From positions 218,177 through 282,176 of the forward strand of contig SUZI01000002.1 of the NCBI GenBank assembly GCA_015060005.1: a stretch of DNA of 64,000 nt. The letters run 5' to 3'. The position numbers were made by a program, and so were the translations under genes. Below are positions 51,271 to 62,123 of this stretch, one piece after another (the first letter of the stretch is position 1; each line of letters opens with the position of its first letter). This DNA is from Rikenellaceae bacterium. Its GTDB lineage: Bacteria; Bacteroidota; Bacteroidia; Bacteroidales; Rikenellaceae. Under the pieces are notes generated by a model, which was given only the letters and a program-made list of their open reading frames with translations, was not told the DNA's origin and made no database searches.

Positions 51271-53496
51271 CTACTTGAGCAAGAAATCTACGGTGTAGAG
51301 AATCTCCTCAGCCGATGTTGCGATGTAAGCTGTGAACTCTCCCTTCTCCGATACCCACTCGTGCTTCTTATCGTCGAAGAACTTCAAATCCTCCTCGGTT
51401 ATGGTGAACTCGGCAATGCCACTCTCGCCAGCCCCCAAGTGGAGTTTCTCGAAGTCCTTGAGCTCCTTCACAGGACGAGGCAGATATGACTCCTTGTCGC
51501 CTATGTAGAGCTGTACGACCTCTGCTCCCTCACGCTTGCCTGTGTTACGCACCTCGCACTTGATGGTAATCTTACCGTTGCCACCCTGCTTGATGGCACT
51601 CTTGCTAACCTCTGGCTCGCCCACCTCAAATGTGGTGTAGCTCAATCCGTGTCCAAAAGGGAACAACGCCTTCAGCTGCTCCTTATCTGCCCAGCGGTAA
51701 CCTACGAATATGCTCTCTGTGTAGTGCACATCCTTTGCTCCTGGCCACTCGCCCACAGAGTGTGCCGAGTTATCCTCCAGACGTACAGGGAATGTGAATG
51801 GCAGGTGTCCCGATGGGTTTACCTCGCCGAATATCACCTGTGCTAATGCGTTACCCGACTCCGAGCCGAGGAACCAGCCCTGCATAATCGAAGGCACCTT
51901 CTCTACCCAAGGCATAGCCACCGCATTACCCGATATGTTTATCACAACCAAGTTCTTGTTAGCGGCAACCAAAGCCTCGATAACCTCGTTCTGACCGTAT
52001 GGCAGAGCATACTCCGAGCGGTCTGCACCCTCGCAGTCCTGACCCTCCTTCTTGTTCAGACCACCGAAGAAGAGCACCACGTCAGCCTTCTTGGCTGCTG
52101 CCACTGCGTCAGCGATAAGCTGCTCGGCAGAGCGACTCTCGCTCAAATCCTGACCCGACTTCACGCCGTTATACTCGCCTGTAACGTCGCCCACGTAGCC
52201 ACGCTCGTAGAGAACCGTCGCCTTGTCGCCTACATAACGCTGAATACCCTCCAGCGGAGTGTACTCCTTCTGCACTTTGAGTGATGAAGAGCCACCACCT
52301 ACGGTCATCATCTTGATAGCGTTCTCACCCACAACGAGGATGGTCTTTGCCTCAGCCAAATCCACAGGCAACACCTCGCCCTCGTTCTTGAGCAATACAA
52401 CGCCCTCGCCTGCTATGTCGCGTGCTGCCTGCAAGTGTGCCTCGGTATTCATCGAGCCGAAAGGCTTGCGGGTGTTCATTGCTGTACGGAATATCAGACG
52501 CAAAACGCGACGCACCTTGTCATCAAGCTCTTTTGTTGTGAGCTCGCCGCTCTGGATAGCCTTCATATAAGGCACTGCCATATGATACATATCGTATGCG
52601 TTGCTTGCACCCCAGTTCAGACCGTTTGTCCACGAACCAAACTCCATATCCAATCCGTGCAGAGCCGCCTCACGTGTGTCGTGTACGCCGCCCCAGTCCG
52701 AGAGAGCTACACCGTCGAAGCCCCACTCGCCCTTGAGGATGTCGTTCAACAGATATTGGTTGTGGCAGCAGTGCTGACCCTTATAGCGGTTATACGCAGG
52801 CATAATAGCCCAGGCACCGCCCTCCTGTACTGCCGCCTTGAATGCTGGCAGATAAATCTCATACAGAGCACGGTCATCCACTACTACATTCACTCCGTGT
52901 CGCTCAATCTCCTGGTTGTTCAGTGCGAAGTGCTTCACACACGCCGCCACACCATTCTTCTGCACGTTCTGGATGTAGGGCACAACCATCTTCGATGCTA
53001 AGAGTGGGTCTTCACCCATATACTCGAAGTTACGGCCATTCATCGGTGTACGATAGATGTTCACGCCCGGACCGAGCAACACATCCTTCTCACGATAGCG
53101 AGCCTCCTCGCCGATAGCCATACCATACTTTGCCGACATCTCTGGATTCCACGTCGCAGCCAGACAGGTGAGTGCTGGGAATGCTGTACACGAGTCGTTT
53201 GTCCACTTTGCCTGGTCCCACTCGTCCCACATAACCTCCGGACGTATTCCGTGAGGACCATCGGTGCACCACACCTCAGGTATACCCAGACGCTCTACGC
53301 CCGCCGATGAGAACTTCGACTGTGCGTGAATCAAATCAATCTTCTCACGCAGTGTCAGACGCTGCAACGCATCCTCGACACGCTCCTCTAACGGAGCATC
53401 CTCGTTCAGATATACAGCTATCTCAGCCTTCTCTGGCACTGTAGCACATCCTACGGCAAAGAGAGCCGCAGCATAAAAGAGTTTTTTAAGTTTCAT
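51271..53496 (-). CDS. GH3 beta-glucosidase (PUL 2)
   Basis: The ATG at 53496 gives lipoprotein signal MKLKKLFYAAALFAVGC. GH3 nucleophile context GFDGVALSDWGG. C-terminal FnIII-like domain. Confidence 0.85.
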   Translation of the reverse strand: MKLKKLFYAAALFAVGCATVPEKAEIAVYLNEDAPLEERVEDALQRLTLREKIDLIHAQSKFSSAGVERLGIPEVWCTDGPHGIRPEVMWDEWDQAKWTNDSCTAFPALTCLAATWNPEMSAKYGMAIGEEARYREKDVLLGPGVNIYRTPMNGRNFEYMGEDPLLASKMVVPYIQNVQKNGVAACVKHFALNNQEIERHGVNVVVDDRALYEIYLPAFKAAVQEGGAWAIMPAYNRYKGQHCCHNQYLLNDILKGEWGFDGVALSDWGGVHDTREAALHGLDMEFGSWTNGLNWGASNAYDMYHMAVPYMKAIQSGELTTKELDDKVRRVLRLIFRTAMNTRKPFGSMNTEAHLQAARDIAGEGVVLLKNEGEVLPVDLAEAKTILVVGENAIKMMTVGGGSSSLKVQKEYTPLEGIQRYVGDKATVLYERGYVGDVTGEYNGVKSGQDLSESRSAEQLIADAVAAAKKADVVLFFGGLNKKEGQDCEGADRSEYALPYGQNEVIEALVAANKNLVVINISGNAVAMPWVEKVPSIMQGWFLGSESGNALAQVIFGEVNPSGHLPFTFPVRLEDNSAHSVGEWPGAKDVHYTESIFVGYRWADKEQLKALFPFGHGLSYTTFEVGEPEVSKSAIKQGGNGKITIKCEVRNTGKREGAEVVQLYIGDKESYLPRPVKELKDFEKLHLGAGESGIAEFTITEEDLKFFDDKKHEWVSEKGEFTAYIATSAEEILYTVDFLLK

Positions 53497-53588
53497 AGTT
53501 ATTCTGTTATTTAGTTTGCTATACAATGCAGGGCGTGTCATTAGCGGCACGCCCCACAAAGTTAGGCATTTTTCTCAAAAAGAGAAAC

Positions 53589-55613
53589 TTATATTTCTAC
53601 CTCGGTGAAAGTAACAACCACGTTGTCCTTACCAGCCGAAGCGTCGATTACAAGGCAGTACGCATTATTCTCTACAAGCTGTACGCCATCAGCCAACTCA
53701 AGGTTACCCTTAACGGCAATCAGGTCGCTAACGAGAGTAGTGTTCTCCGCTGTCATCTCACCACCCCAACCGTTCTGGTGGAAGTACTTGAATGAGAGAT
53801 AGTCGTAACGGAAATACTGACCGATTGAAGAGCCCGTCTCAGGACCAGCCAAACCTATTAACTGATATACACCAGGCTCAACCTCAGGCATACAGTAAGC
53901 AGCACCAGGATTCCAACCAAACTGGAAGTCCAATGATGGAAGACCTGTACCCCAGCCCATCAACCAGATAGCACCTGAGCCATCGTCAGCGAGAGTAGCG
54001 TCTGTTCCGTCAGCATTTACTCGCTTGAAGAGAACCATCTTAGTATCGGTGTTTACAGAAATCTTGTAGTGTCCATCAACAGGCAAGAACTGCAAGCCCT
54101 GAGCGGTCAAGCTCACATAGTTAGTATCAGCGTACCAAGCTGTCAAGTCGCCGAAGCCACCAGGAATGAGCATATCGCCCTGCTTGAGCTCAAATACACC
54201 TGCGTAGTTAGCAGCGTCAATCTGCTCGAGCAGAGTGCCGTTGATTGTCAAGTCCTCCTTTGGAAGCTCTACCTGACCAACCTTCTCAACAGCGAATGTG
54301 CCTGTGCCACCGTTCCAAGTGAGTGTGAATGTGTAAACACCACCTGGCTCGAAAGTCTTACCCTCCTGGAGATATACGTTACCAGAGTCGTATCCATCAA
54401 CACCCTGACCTACCAGGATAAGGTCGCTTGTGCAAGAGAGCATATCGCCCTTCAACTCAACAGGACCCCAGCCATTGTTCTGACCGAAGAACTTGAAGTT
54501 GATACCGTCAGCCTTCATTGACAAACCGGCAATAGCAGTAATCTGATGCCTATCAGCAGCCACAGGAGCCAAGCACAAGCCCTTCTCAGGAACCCATCCT
54601 GGAGCACCTGCCAAGTTTGGCTTACCAAGACCCTCACCTACGAGGTACAAAGCACCCTTACCAGTTGCAGTGTCGAACATTGCAGGAACACCTGCAGCGT
54701 CGCAAGTCATAGCCGATACATACTCAGCAGCAGTATCGAACTGTACGAGGTAGTAGCCGTCAATTACGTTACATACCATCGAGCCATCACCGTTAGATGT
54801 GAACCAGTCTGGGTCGATAGTCCAAGCCGAGATATCCAAGCCCTCCAAAGTGTAAGTCTCGCCCTGCTTCAAAGCAACAGCAGCAACATACTGAGAGTCA
54901 GAGCCATCACGAAGACCGAGCTCTGAGCCAGCAAACATCAGCTTGAGGAATGGAGTAGCCTCGAATGAGAACATATCAAATGTGATAGGATACTCACCTG
55001 CCACAGCGTTGCTGAGTGGAATATCAGCTGTTGAGTCCCAAGCGATAGCACCGCTCTTCCAACCGAAAGTAGCGATAGTGCCATCAACGTCCAACTCGTC
55101 TGTGCGGAAGTAGCCCTTAGGCTTCTGTGGGAACTCTGCAGTTACAGAGTAGAGGTAACCGCTCTGGCGAGCCATCTCATACTCCTGGTCGCCTGATACG
55201 AAGTAAATCTTATCAGGCTGTGGACGGTAAACTGCTACTTCTTTCTCGATAGTTGTCAAACCGAACTCGATGTTCTGACCTACCAAAGCCAACTTAGCTG
55301 TTCCGTCAGGAATCTCCGCAGCGAAAGGAACCAGAACAGTACCCTCATAAGTACCGTTAGTCTTTGTACGGATAACAGTCTCTGCTACCATCTCCTCGTC
55401 GAAGAAGAGCTGAGCCTTGAGTGTAGAGAGTGGACGAACGTCGTTCATCGAAACCTCAAAGTGGATGTTACTACCGAAATATGCCTCAGCGTCCACAGCC
55501 ACAACATTCATCTGAGGGCCCTGGTCTGTTACACGCAACTCGGGATCATCCTTACATCCCACCATTGTAGCGATAGCCAAGAGTGGAAGTGCGATGTATT
55601 TCAAAATTTTCAT
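53589..55613 (-). CDS. Surface lipoprotein, probable glycan-binding protein (PUL 2)
   Basis: Lipobox TMVGC. Beta-rich, 674 aa, with no catalytic motif recognised. Embedded between GH30 and GH3. Confidence 0.5.
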   Translation of the reverse strand: MKILKYIALPLLAIATMVGCKDDPELRVTDQGPQMNVVAVDAEAYFGSNIHFEVSMNDVRPLSTLKAQLFFDEEMVAETVIRTKTNGTYEGTVLVPFAAEIPDGTAKLALVGQNIEFGLTTIEKEVAVYRPQPDKIYFVSGDQEYEMARQSGYLYSVTAEFPQKPKGYFRTDELDVDGTIATFGWKSGAIAWDSTADIPLSNAVAGEYPITFDMFSFEATPFLKLMFAGSELGLRDGSDSQYVAAVALKQGETYTLEGLDISAWTIDPDWFTSNGDGSMVCNVIDGYYLVQFDTAAEYVSAMTCDAAGVPAMFDTATGKGALYLVGEGLGKPNLAGAPGWVPEKGLCLAPVAADRHQITAIAGLSMKADGINFKFFGQNNGWGPVELKGDMLSCTSDLILVGQGVDGYDSGNVYLQEGKTFEPGGVYTFTLTWNGGTGTFAVEKVGQVELPKEDLTINGTLLEQIDAANYAGVFELKQGDMLIPGGFGDLTAWYADTNYVSLTAQGLQFLPVDGHYKISVNTDTKMVLFKRVNADGTDATLADDGSGAIWLMGWGTGLPSLDFQFGWNPGAAYCMPEVEPGVYQLIGLAGPETGSSIGQYFRYDYLSFKYFHQNGWGGEMTAENTTLVSDLIAVKGNLELADGVQLVENNAYCLVIDASAGKDNVVVTFTEVEI

Positions 55614-55643
55614 AGTAAACTATTGTTTTTTGTTTGTTCATAA

Positions 55644-57173
55644 TTAATTCTCACTCCAACGCAATGACGCAATTGACGCTGCAGGAATGGTGAAACGGAA
55701 TCCCTTTGCAGGACCCTGGAATGCTACCGAGATATCCTTATTAGAGCGATTCAACGCCAATACAGCGTATGAACCGTCAGGGTTAAGGAATGCCTCGTAG
55801 GTCAAGCCGTCAGCTGTGTAGCCCGAGCTCTTGATACGCTTTGCTCCAGCCTTCACGACCTTCGAGCAGTGTGCGATATCGTAGTAGTGTGAGCTGTACT
55901 CGAGCGACTCGTAGCTGTAAGTGCCATTGTTAATCTGTACTGCACCGAAACAGGTCGAGCAACCGCCTGGGCGGAAAGGCTTACGATCCTGGTCGAGCAT
56001 CAGATTCCACATAATAACACCGCTACCGTTGCGAGACAACACGCCGAGGAAGTTATGCTCGAAGTCGTTCAGGATACAAGACTTCAACACGCCCTTCCAG
56101 GTACCATCGCCAATCCAAGTACCGATAGATGCCTCGGTGAAGTAGATTGACTTGTCGGGAGCCATCTTGTTGATGTAATCCAGCTCCGATACGTGTCCTC
56201 CGTAGCTATGCCAAGCCGAGCCGTCAGCATACTTCGATGCCTCAGCGTCAGCAAAGATGTGCAAAGGATAACGCTCCTGACCCGACTTGTTGTCGTAGTT
56301 GTAGTTGTGGTCGAAGAGCAAAATCTTAGTGTCGATACCCTCACGCTCAAAAGCAGGACCTAAGTGCTTGATAAACGCCAGCTGGTCCTCCCAAGGCATA
56401 TAGAGCGACATAGAGTTACCGTGGTTGAGAGGCTCATTCTGCATTGTGATGGCGAAGATAGGGAATCCCTCTGCCTCCATCTCCTGCACCCACTTCACGA
56501 AGTACTCTGCATACTCGTCGTAGTACTCTGGGTTCAGACGACCACTTGTCCACGAGTTGTAAGGAGCCTTCATAGTGTTAGGGTTAACCTTCATCCAGCG
56601 AGGGCAAGACCAGGGCGAGCCCATAATCTTCAAATTAGGGTTGATAGCCATAATCTCACGCAGCACAGGGAATATACCCTCACGCTCAATCTGTGGAATC
56701 TCAAAGAACTCTATACCCTCCTTGTCGCAGCAGGTATACTCATCCATCGAGAAGTCCGAGCCACCGATGTGCATACGTATAAAGCTAAAGCCCATACCCT
56801 CCTCGGGGTCGAAGGTCTCCTTCAGGAAACGAGCACGGTCTGCTGCCGACATCTTCATCAGATTGTAGCACGATGAGCCTGTCAAAGCTGCACCGAAACC
56901 GTCGATATCCTGATAGGTCTCCGTTGGGTCCAACTTAATCTTCGAAGGCGACATACTCACCGAAGCAAACCTGGTATCAATCTTCGTGAAACGATACGCC
57001 AAGTTCTCCGATGTAACGTAAGCCTCCACATCGCACGACTCCTCTGCGGGAGGTGTAGGAGGTGTTGGCTGTGGCTCCTCGCCGCCATTGTCGCTATTGC
57101 TTGAGCAGGAAGCACATCCTGTCGAAAGCAGGAGTGCCACCGCCCAAAACATAAATTTACTCAATTTAATCAT
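55644..57173 (-). CDS. GH30 glycoside hydrolase (beta-1,6-glucanase/glucosylceramidase family)
   Basis: Lipoprotein signal LLSTGC. GH30 blocks IDGFGAALTGSS, FIRMHIGGSDFS, GSPWSCPRWMK, ITMQNEP, IYFTEAS. Confidence 0.8.
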   Translation of the reverse strand: MIKLSKFMFWAVALLLSTGCASCSSNSDNGGEEPQPTPPTPPAEESCDVEAYVTSENLAYRFTKIDTRFASVSMSPSKIKLDPTETYQDIDGFGAALTGSSCYNLMKMSAADRARFLKETFDPEEGMGFSFIRMHIGGSDFSMDEYTCCDKEGIEFFEIPQIEREGIFPVLREIMAINPNLKIMGSPWSCPRWMKVNPNTMKAPYNSWTSGRLNPEYYDEYAEYFVKWVQEMEAEGFPIFAITMQNEPLNHGNSMSLYMPWEDQLAFIKHLGPAFEREGIDTKILLFDHNYNYDNKSGQERYPLHIFADAEASKYADGSAWHSYGGHVSELDYINKMAPDKSIYFTEASIGTWIGDGTWKGVLKSCILNDFEHNFLGVLSRNGSGVIMWNLMLDQDRKPFRPGGCSTCFGAVQINNGTYSYESLEYSSHYYDIAHCSKVVKAGAKRIKSSGYTADGLTYEAFLNPDGSYAVLALNRSNKDISVAFQGPAKGFRFTIPAASIASLRWSEN

Positions 57174-57192
57174 CCTATTACTTTAATATATA

Positions 57193-58731
57193 TTAGTAAC
57201 CAGGGTTCTGCTCGATGTTTGGATTCTCATCCAAAGCAGATGTTGGGATAGGAAGTATTACACGCTCATCGCTCAGAGGAGTACGCACTGCGAACCACTC
57301 GTCGTATGAAGCTGAGCCCTTTACATTACCGCCATCGTGTACCTCCTTGAGCTTCGAGAAGTCTTCACCGAAACGCATCAGGTCGAAGTAACGGTGTCCC
57401 TCGTATGCGAGCTCCAGACGACGCTCGTTCAATACGTAGAGCTTAGCCTCCTCAACACCTACATTCTCAGGAAGAGCTGCAATCTTGGCACGCTCACGAA
57501 CGCGGTTCACGAGTCTCATAGCACCCGATGCGTCGCCCAAGTTAGCCAAAGCCTCTGCGTGGAGCAGCAATACGTCAGCCAGACGTGCGTGATAGATTAC
57601 AGTGATGTTGGTAGGAATCTTACCCATAAATGCGTAGTTGTCCTTTGGATAATACTGCTCCCAGTCGCACTTGTCCCAGCGGATAGATATGTTCTTACGC
57701 TCGGTGTCGCCCTGTGCGTCGTATGCCTCAGCAAGGTTACGGGTAGGAGTACACCACTTAATCCAGCTGAATGAATCCTCAGGCTTGAAGTGGTTACGCC
57801 AGAACATCATAAAGAACCAGTTACCACTTGCTGGCTTATCGTAACCAGCCTCGAAGATAGACTCTACGTTGTTGTGCATAGATGTCTCAGCATCCAAATC
57901 GTATGCCCACAAGTTTGCATAGCTTGGGTCGAGCTGATAACCCATAGCCTCGATAGCCTCACAAGCAGCCTTAACCTTATTCCAGTCGCGATACTGCTTG
58001 AGTGAGTACATCTTAGCTACGAGATACTGAGCGAAGCCCTTCGATGCAAAGTCCTTCTCTACTGACTGTGGCTCTGGAGCGTGCTCGCAAGCAAATGCCA
58101 AGTCCTGCTCCAACTGAGCCTTCAAAGTCTCAGCGTCTACACGCTTAGGGAAGTACAAAGGATAAACCTCCTCTACATTGTCAGCGTTGATTGCAGGTGG
58201 GATAGCTGTCAGCATAGGGATATCACCGAAATACTGAGTCATCAGCAGCCACATATATGCACGTACGCACAACGCCTCTGCCATCCACTGGTTATACTCT
58301 GTCTCAGAGAGAGTAGGGTCGTTCTCCTTCACAGCGTCAAGGTTACAAATCACATTGTTAGCCTTGCTTACACCGCTCATGAATCCTGTCCAGAAAGTAC
58401 TTGGGAACTCGTTATCCGAAGTAAAGGTGTTAGCCTCCATCTCGGTTGGTTTACCGCTATCGCCCGCACCGTAAGCATCGTCTGCACGGCAAGCATTAGC
58501 AGTCAGATGCTTATAGTTAGCATCCTGGAAATCGCCACGCAGCCAGTTATACATCGCTGTACGCTGACCCTCGATATCCGCTTTAGTCTTGATGGCACTC
58601 TCGTTCTCGTTACCCTCAGGTACCTCAACGTTGCCCTCATTGTAGCCGGTCTCTGGGAAGAGCTCCAAGTTGCAAGATGAGAGCATTGCACCCAGACCGA
58701 ACACGCTAATTGCTATAAATAACTTTTTCAT
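57193..58731 (-). CDS. SusD/RagB-family lipoprotein (PUL 2)
   Basis: The ATG at 58731 gives MKKLFIAISVFGLGAMLSSC. SusD-like C-terminus (ERRLELAYEGHRYFDLMR...PIPTSALDENPNIEQNPGY). The track start at 58755 overlaps the SusC stop. Confidence 0.9.
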   Translation of the reverse strand: MKKLFIAISVFGLGAMLSSCNLELFPETGYNEGNVEVPEGNENESAIKTKADIEGQRTAMYNWLRGDFQDANYKHLTANACRADDAYGAGDSGKPTEMEANTFTSDNEFPSTFWTGFMSGVSKANNVICNLDAVKENDPTLSETEYNQWMAEALCVRAYMWLLMTQYFGDIPMLTAIPPAINADNVEEVYPLYFPKRVDAETLKAQLEQDLAFACEHAPEPQSVEKDFASKGFAQYLVAKMYSLKQYRDWNKVKAACEAIEAMGYQLDPSYANLWAYDLDAETSMHNNVESIFEAGYDKPASGNWFFMMFWRNHFKPEDSFSWIKWCTPTRNLAEAYDAQGDTERKNISIRWDKCDWEQYYPKDNYAFMGKIPTNITVIYHARLADVLLLHAEALANLGDASGAMRLVNRVRERAKIAALPENVGVEEAKLYVLNERRLELAYEGHRYFDLMRFGEDFSKLKEVHDGGNVKGSASYDEWFAVRTPLSDERVILPIPTSALDENPNIEQNPGY

Positions 58732-58754
58732 ATCTGTATTCTCCTTATTAATCA

Positions 58755-61700
58755 TTAGAAGTTAACATTAAGACCTACGACAACGGTACGAACGTTAGGA
58801 TATGTACCCCAGTCGATACCCATAGATGTTGCAGATGTCGACTGGCTAACCTCTGGGTCGTAACCTGAGTAGTTTGTCCAGGTGATGAAGTTCTGCAATG
58901 TGATGTAAGGCTGAATCTTCGAGATGTGGAGATGAGCCAAACGCTTGCAAGGGATGTCGTAAGAGAGGGTGATGTTCTTAACCTTTAGGTAAGATCCGTC
59001 CTCAATCCAACGAGTTGAGTTACGTACGTTGTAGTTGCTTGTTGTAGCACGTGGTATATCGGTAATCTGACCAGGAATTCTCCAACGACGCAAAACCTCG
59101 GTAGTCTGGTTGTAACCGTTGTACATACCCTCAGTCTCGATACGTGATGCGTTGAAGATATCGTTGCCATACGAACCTGTGATAAGGATATTCAGGTTCA
59201 AGCCCTTCCAAGAGAAGTTGTTGGTCATACCGAATGTGAACTTAGGATTAGCGTTACCAATCCAGGTCTTATCCGATGGAGTAACCTGACCGTCGCCATT
59301 GATATCGCGGTACATCAAATCACCGGTCTCAGGATCAACACCGTCAGAGATATAACCCCAGAACTTCGAGAGAGCGTGTCCAGGAGTCATACGAACAACG
59401 TAGTCGTTGGTCATATCGGCAGTCTTCGAGTAGTAGTAAACCTGCTGAAGATCCAACTTCTCCAACTCGTTGCGGTTGAGTGAGATGTTGAAGTCTGTTG
59501 TCCAGTTGAAATCCTTGTGAACGATGTTACGTGAAGAGATAGCGAGCTCCAAACCCCAGTTTGACATCTCACCCTCGTTACGCATGATTGATGGATAAGG
59601 TGATGGCAGTGGTACCCACATCAACATATCCTTAGTATATTTATAGTATGCGTCCAAAGTAACCTCCAAGCGGTGGTTGAACATCGACCAGTCGATACCG
59701 ACGTTAGTCTGTGTTGTAGTCTCCCAAGTGAGGTCCTCATTCTTAATGTTTGACTGACCACCCAATGTAGGAACGTCCTGTGAGTGTCCTGACTCAGTCC
59801 AGTTAGTGTAGTTTGTGTTGTACTGCTGCAAGTAACCGTAGTCGCTCAAACCAGCCTGGTTACCTGTCTGACCCCAACCTACGCGGAGCTTCAAGTCGTC
59901 AATCCACTTCACATCCTCCATAAACTTCTCGCCAGAGATACGCCAAGCAGCAGAGAATGATGGGAAGTAACCCCACTTATGACCTGGAGCCAGCTTTGAT
60001 GAACCATCGGCACGGAAGTTAGCGGTGAAGAGGTACTTGTGGTCGAAGTTGTAAGATACACGTGCCAGGTATGACATGATAGCCCACTCTGACTTACCGT
60101 AGCTCTGACCACGCAAGCCACCGTTGTTACCACCATTGATGTTAGGTATAGCGTTGTTGTGCCCTGCTGAGAAGTAGCTACGGCTACCTGAGAGCTCCTC
60201 CCAGATAGATGTAGTAGCCGATGTACCACCCATAAGCTCAATCTCGTGGCGACCCATAGTGCGGTTGTAAGTAAGGATGTTATCGTAAATCATACGACGG
60301 TCCTCTGAACGAGTGTCAGAAGCTGTACCCTGCTGCTCGCGACCATAAGTTGTACGGATAGGATCGAGGAATGAAGAGTTGTGTACCCAACGAGAGTCAA
60401 CCGATACTGTTGACTTGAATACCAGACCCTCGTAGAGGTTGAATGTCAAACCACCGGTAGCCAACAGACGGCTTGTTACGCCCTTGTTGTAGTCTGTACG
60501 AGCCATATTCTCCAGAGGAGAAGTCATTGTAGCACCGTAGAAGTTGTTGTAATACTGCTCGGGAGCATCTGGGTTCCAGATAGGAGCGTAAGTAGGAGTT
60601 GTAACTGTTGAAACAACTACGCCCGCACGGTTACCTCCCTGACCAGAGATGATACCACCCTTGCTTGTATAGTGTGAGTAAGCAACCGATGCGTTAGCTG
60701 TGAGCCACTTACGAATCTTACGGTCGAAGTTCACCTTCACGTTGAAACGCTCTGCCGAAGTTGTGCTGATGACACCCTTCTCGTTGGTGTAACCACCACC
60801 TACGTAGTAAGCACCCTTCTCATCACCGTCAGAGAGTGAGAACTGATAGTTCTGGTTAACACCTGTTGAGTATGTCTCATCAAACCAGTCTGTCTGGTCG
60901 GTAAGAGTTGTTGGCAGACCCTTGATAAGACCAATCTCCTCCTGCAACTCCAAATACTGCTGTGTGTTCAGTACGTCGAAAGTCTTAGTTACGTTAGAGA
61001 TACCTACGAAAGTAGAGAATGTAACTAAAGCACCATCCTTCTTGCTACCCTGCTTGGTAGTAATCAGAACGACACCGTTTGCAGCACGCGAACCGTAGAT
61101 AGCAGCCGATGATGCATCCTTCAATACCTGCATTGTCTCGATATCGTTTGGAGAGAGGTATGCGATAGCGTACTCACCCTCACCTACAGGCACACCGTCA
61201 ACAACATACAATGGGTCGTTTGACGAAGCGATAGAAGATGCACCACGCACGCGGATAACCATTCCTGAGCCTGGAGCACCGTTAGGCTGAAGTACCTGTA
61301 CACCGGCAGCCTTACCCTGCAATACTCCCGAAACCGAGGTGATAGGGCGGCGGTCCAGGTCGTCAGTGTCAACAACCGATACAGCTGTTGTCAAATCCTT
61401 CTGCTTTACCTGACCGTAACCGATAGCCACGACAGCCTCGATACCGATTGCGTCTTCAGCAAGCTCAACGTTCACGTTGCTCTTACCCGATATGTTCACC
61501 TTCTGTGATACATATCCCAAAGACTCCACTGTAAGCTCGTTGCCATTCTCACGGAGTGAGATAGAGAACTTACCATCCACATCAGTCGCAACACCATTCA
61601 TTGTGCCTGTCTCGATAACAGTTGCACCAATTACAGGTTCACCGGTTGAGTCTACAACCTTACCGGTAACGACCCTTTTTTGTGCGTCAGCCGCAGTAGC

Positions 61701-61787
61701 GAATGACAGCAACATCACTACCAACAAAGAGGTAACTATACCTCGCTTGTTATCCAGTGACATCAGTTTTGTAAAAAACTTTCTCAT
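58755..61787 (-). CDS. SusC/RagA-family TonB-dependent transporter (PUL 2)
   Basis: 1010 aa. N-terminal VTGKVVDSTGEPVIGATVIE domain, plug, barrel, C-terminal F. Upstream of a SusD homolog. Confidence 0.9.
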   Translation of the reverse strand: MRKFFTKLMSLDNKRGIVTSLLVVMLLSFATAADAQKRVVTGKVVDSTGEPVIGATVIETGTMNGVATDVDGKFSISLRENGNELTVESLGYVSQKVNISGKSNVNVELAEDAIGIEAVVAIGYGQVKQKDLTTAVSVVDTDDLDRRPITSVSGVLQGKAAGVQVLQPNGAPGSGMVIRVRGASSIASSNDPLYVVDGVPVGEGEYAIAYLSPNDIETMQVLKDASSAAIYGSRAANGVVLITTKQGSKKDGALVTFSTFVGISNVTKTFDVLNTQQYLELQEEIGLIKGLPTTLTDQTDWFDETYSTGVNQNYQFSLSDGDEKGAYYVGGGYTNEKGVISTTSAERFNVKVNFDRKIRKWLTANASVAYSHYTSKGGIISGQGGNRAGVVVSTVTTPTYAPIWNPDAPEQYYNNFYGATMTSPLENMARTDYNKGVTSRLLATGGLTFNLYEGLVFKSTVSVDSRWVHNSSFLDPIRTTYGREQQGTASDTRSEDRRMIYDNILTYNRTMGRHEIELMGGTSATTSIWEELSGSRSYFSAGHNNAIPNINGGNNGGLRGQSYGKSEWAIMSYLARVSYNFDHKYLFTANFRADGSSKLAPGHKWGYFPSFSAAWRISGEKFMEDVKWIDDLKLRVGWGQTGNQAGLSDYGYLQQYNTNYTNWTESGHSQDVPTLGGQSNIKNEDLTWETTTQTNVGIDWSMFNHRLEVTLDAYYKYTKDMLMWVPLPSPYPSIMRNEGEMSNWGLELAISSRNIVHKDFNWTTDFNISLNRNELEKLDLQQVYYYSKTADMTNDYVVRMTPGHALSKFWGYISDGVDPETGDLMYRDINGDGQVTPSDKTWIGNANPKFTFGMTNNFSWKGLNLNILITGSYGNDIFNASRIETEGMYNGYNQTTEVLRRWRIPGQITDIPRATTSNYNVRNSTRWIEDGSYLKVKNITLSYDIPCKRLAHLHISKIQPYITLQNFITWTNYSGYDPEVSQSTSATSMGIDWGTYPNVRTVVVGLNVNF

Positions 61788-62123
61788 AAGATAGGGTTTT
61801 AGTAAAGATAGTTTGGTAATTAATAAAAAAATTAAAAAATATTAGAGTTATTTTTCAAATAATCGTTTGTTATACAAATTTATATAATGTTTTTTAATGA
61901 ATTTTCGTAGAGAAAAAAAATATAAATGCTCTTAAATATTAACACTTTGATTATTATGCGATTAACATTTGGCAAGCGTTCAAAAATATAAATTCGCAGG
62001 ACTAAAAAAGAGTTAAAAACGGCGGTTTTAAGGGCTGATTTTGCTGTTATTATTTAACTTTTTGAGGGCTATGCTGTGTTTCAAATTTTTTATTATCTTT
62101 GTACTCCGTAATCCATTATTCGA

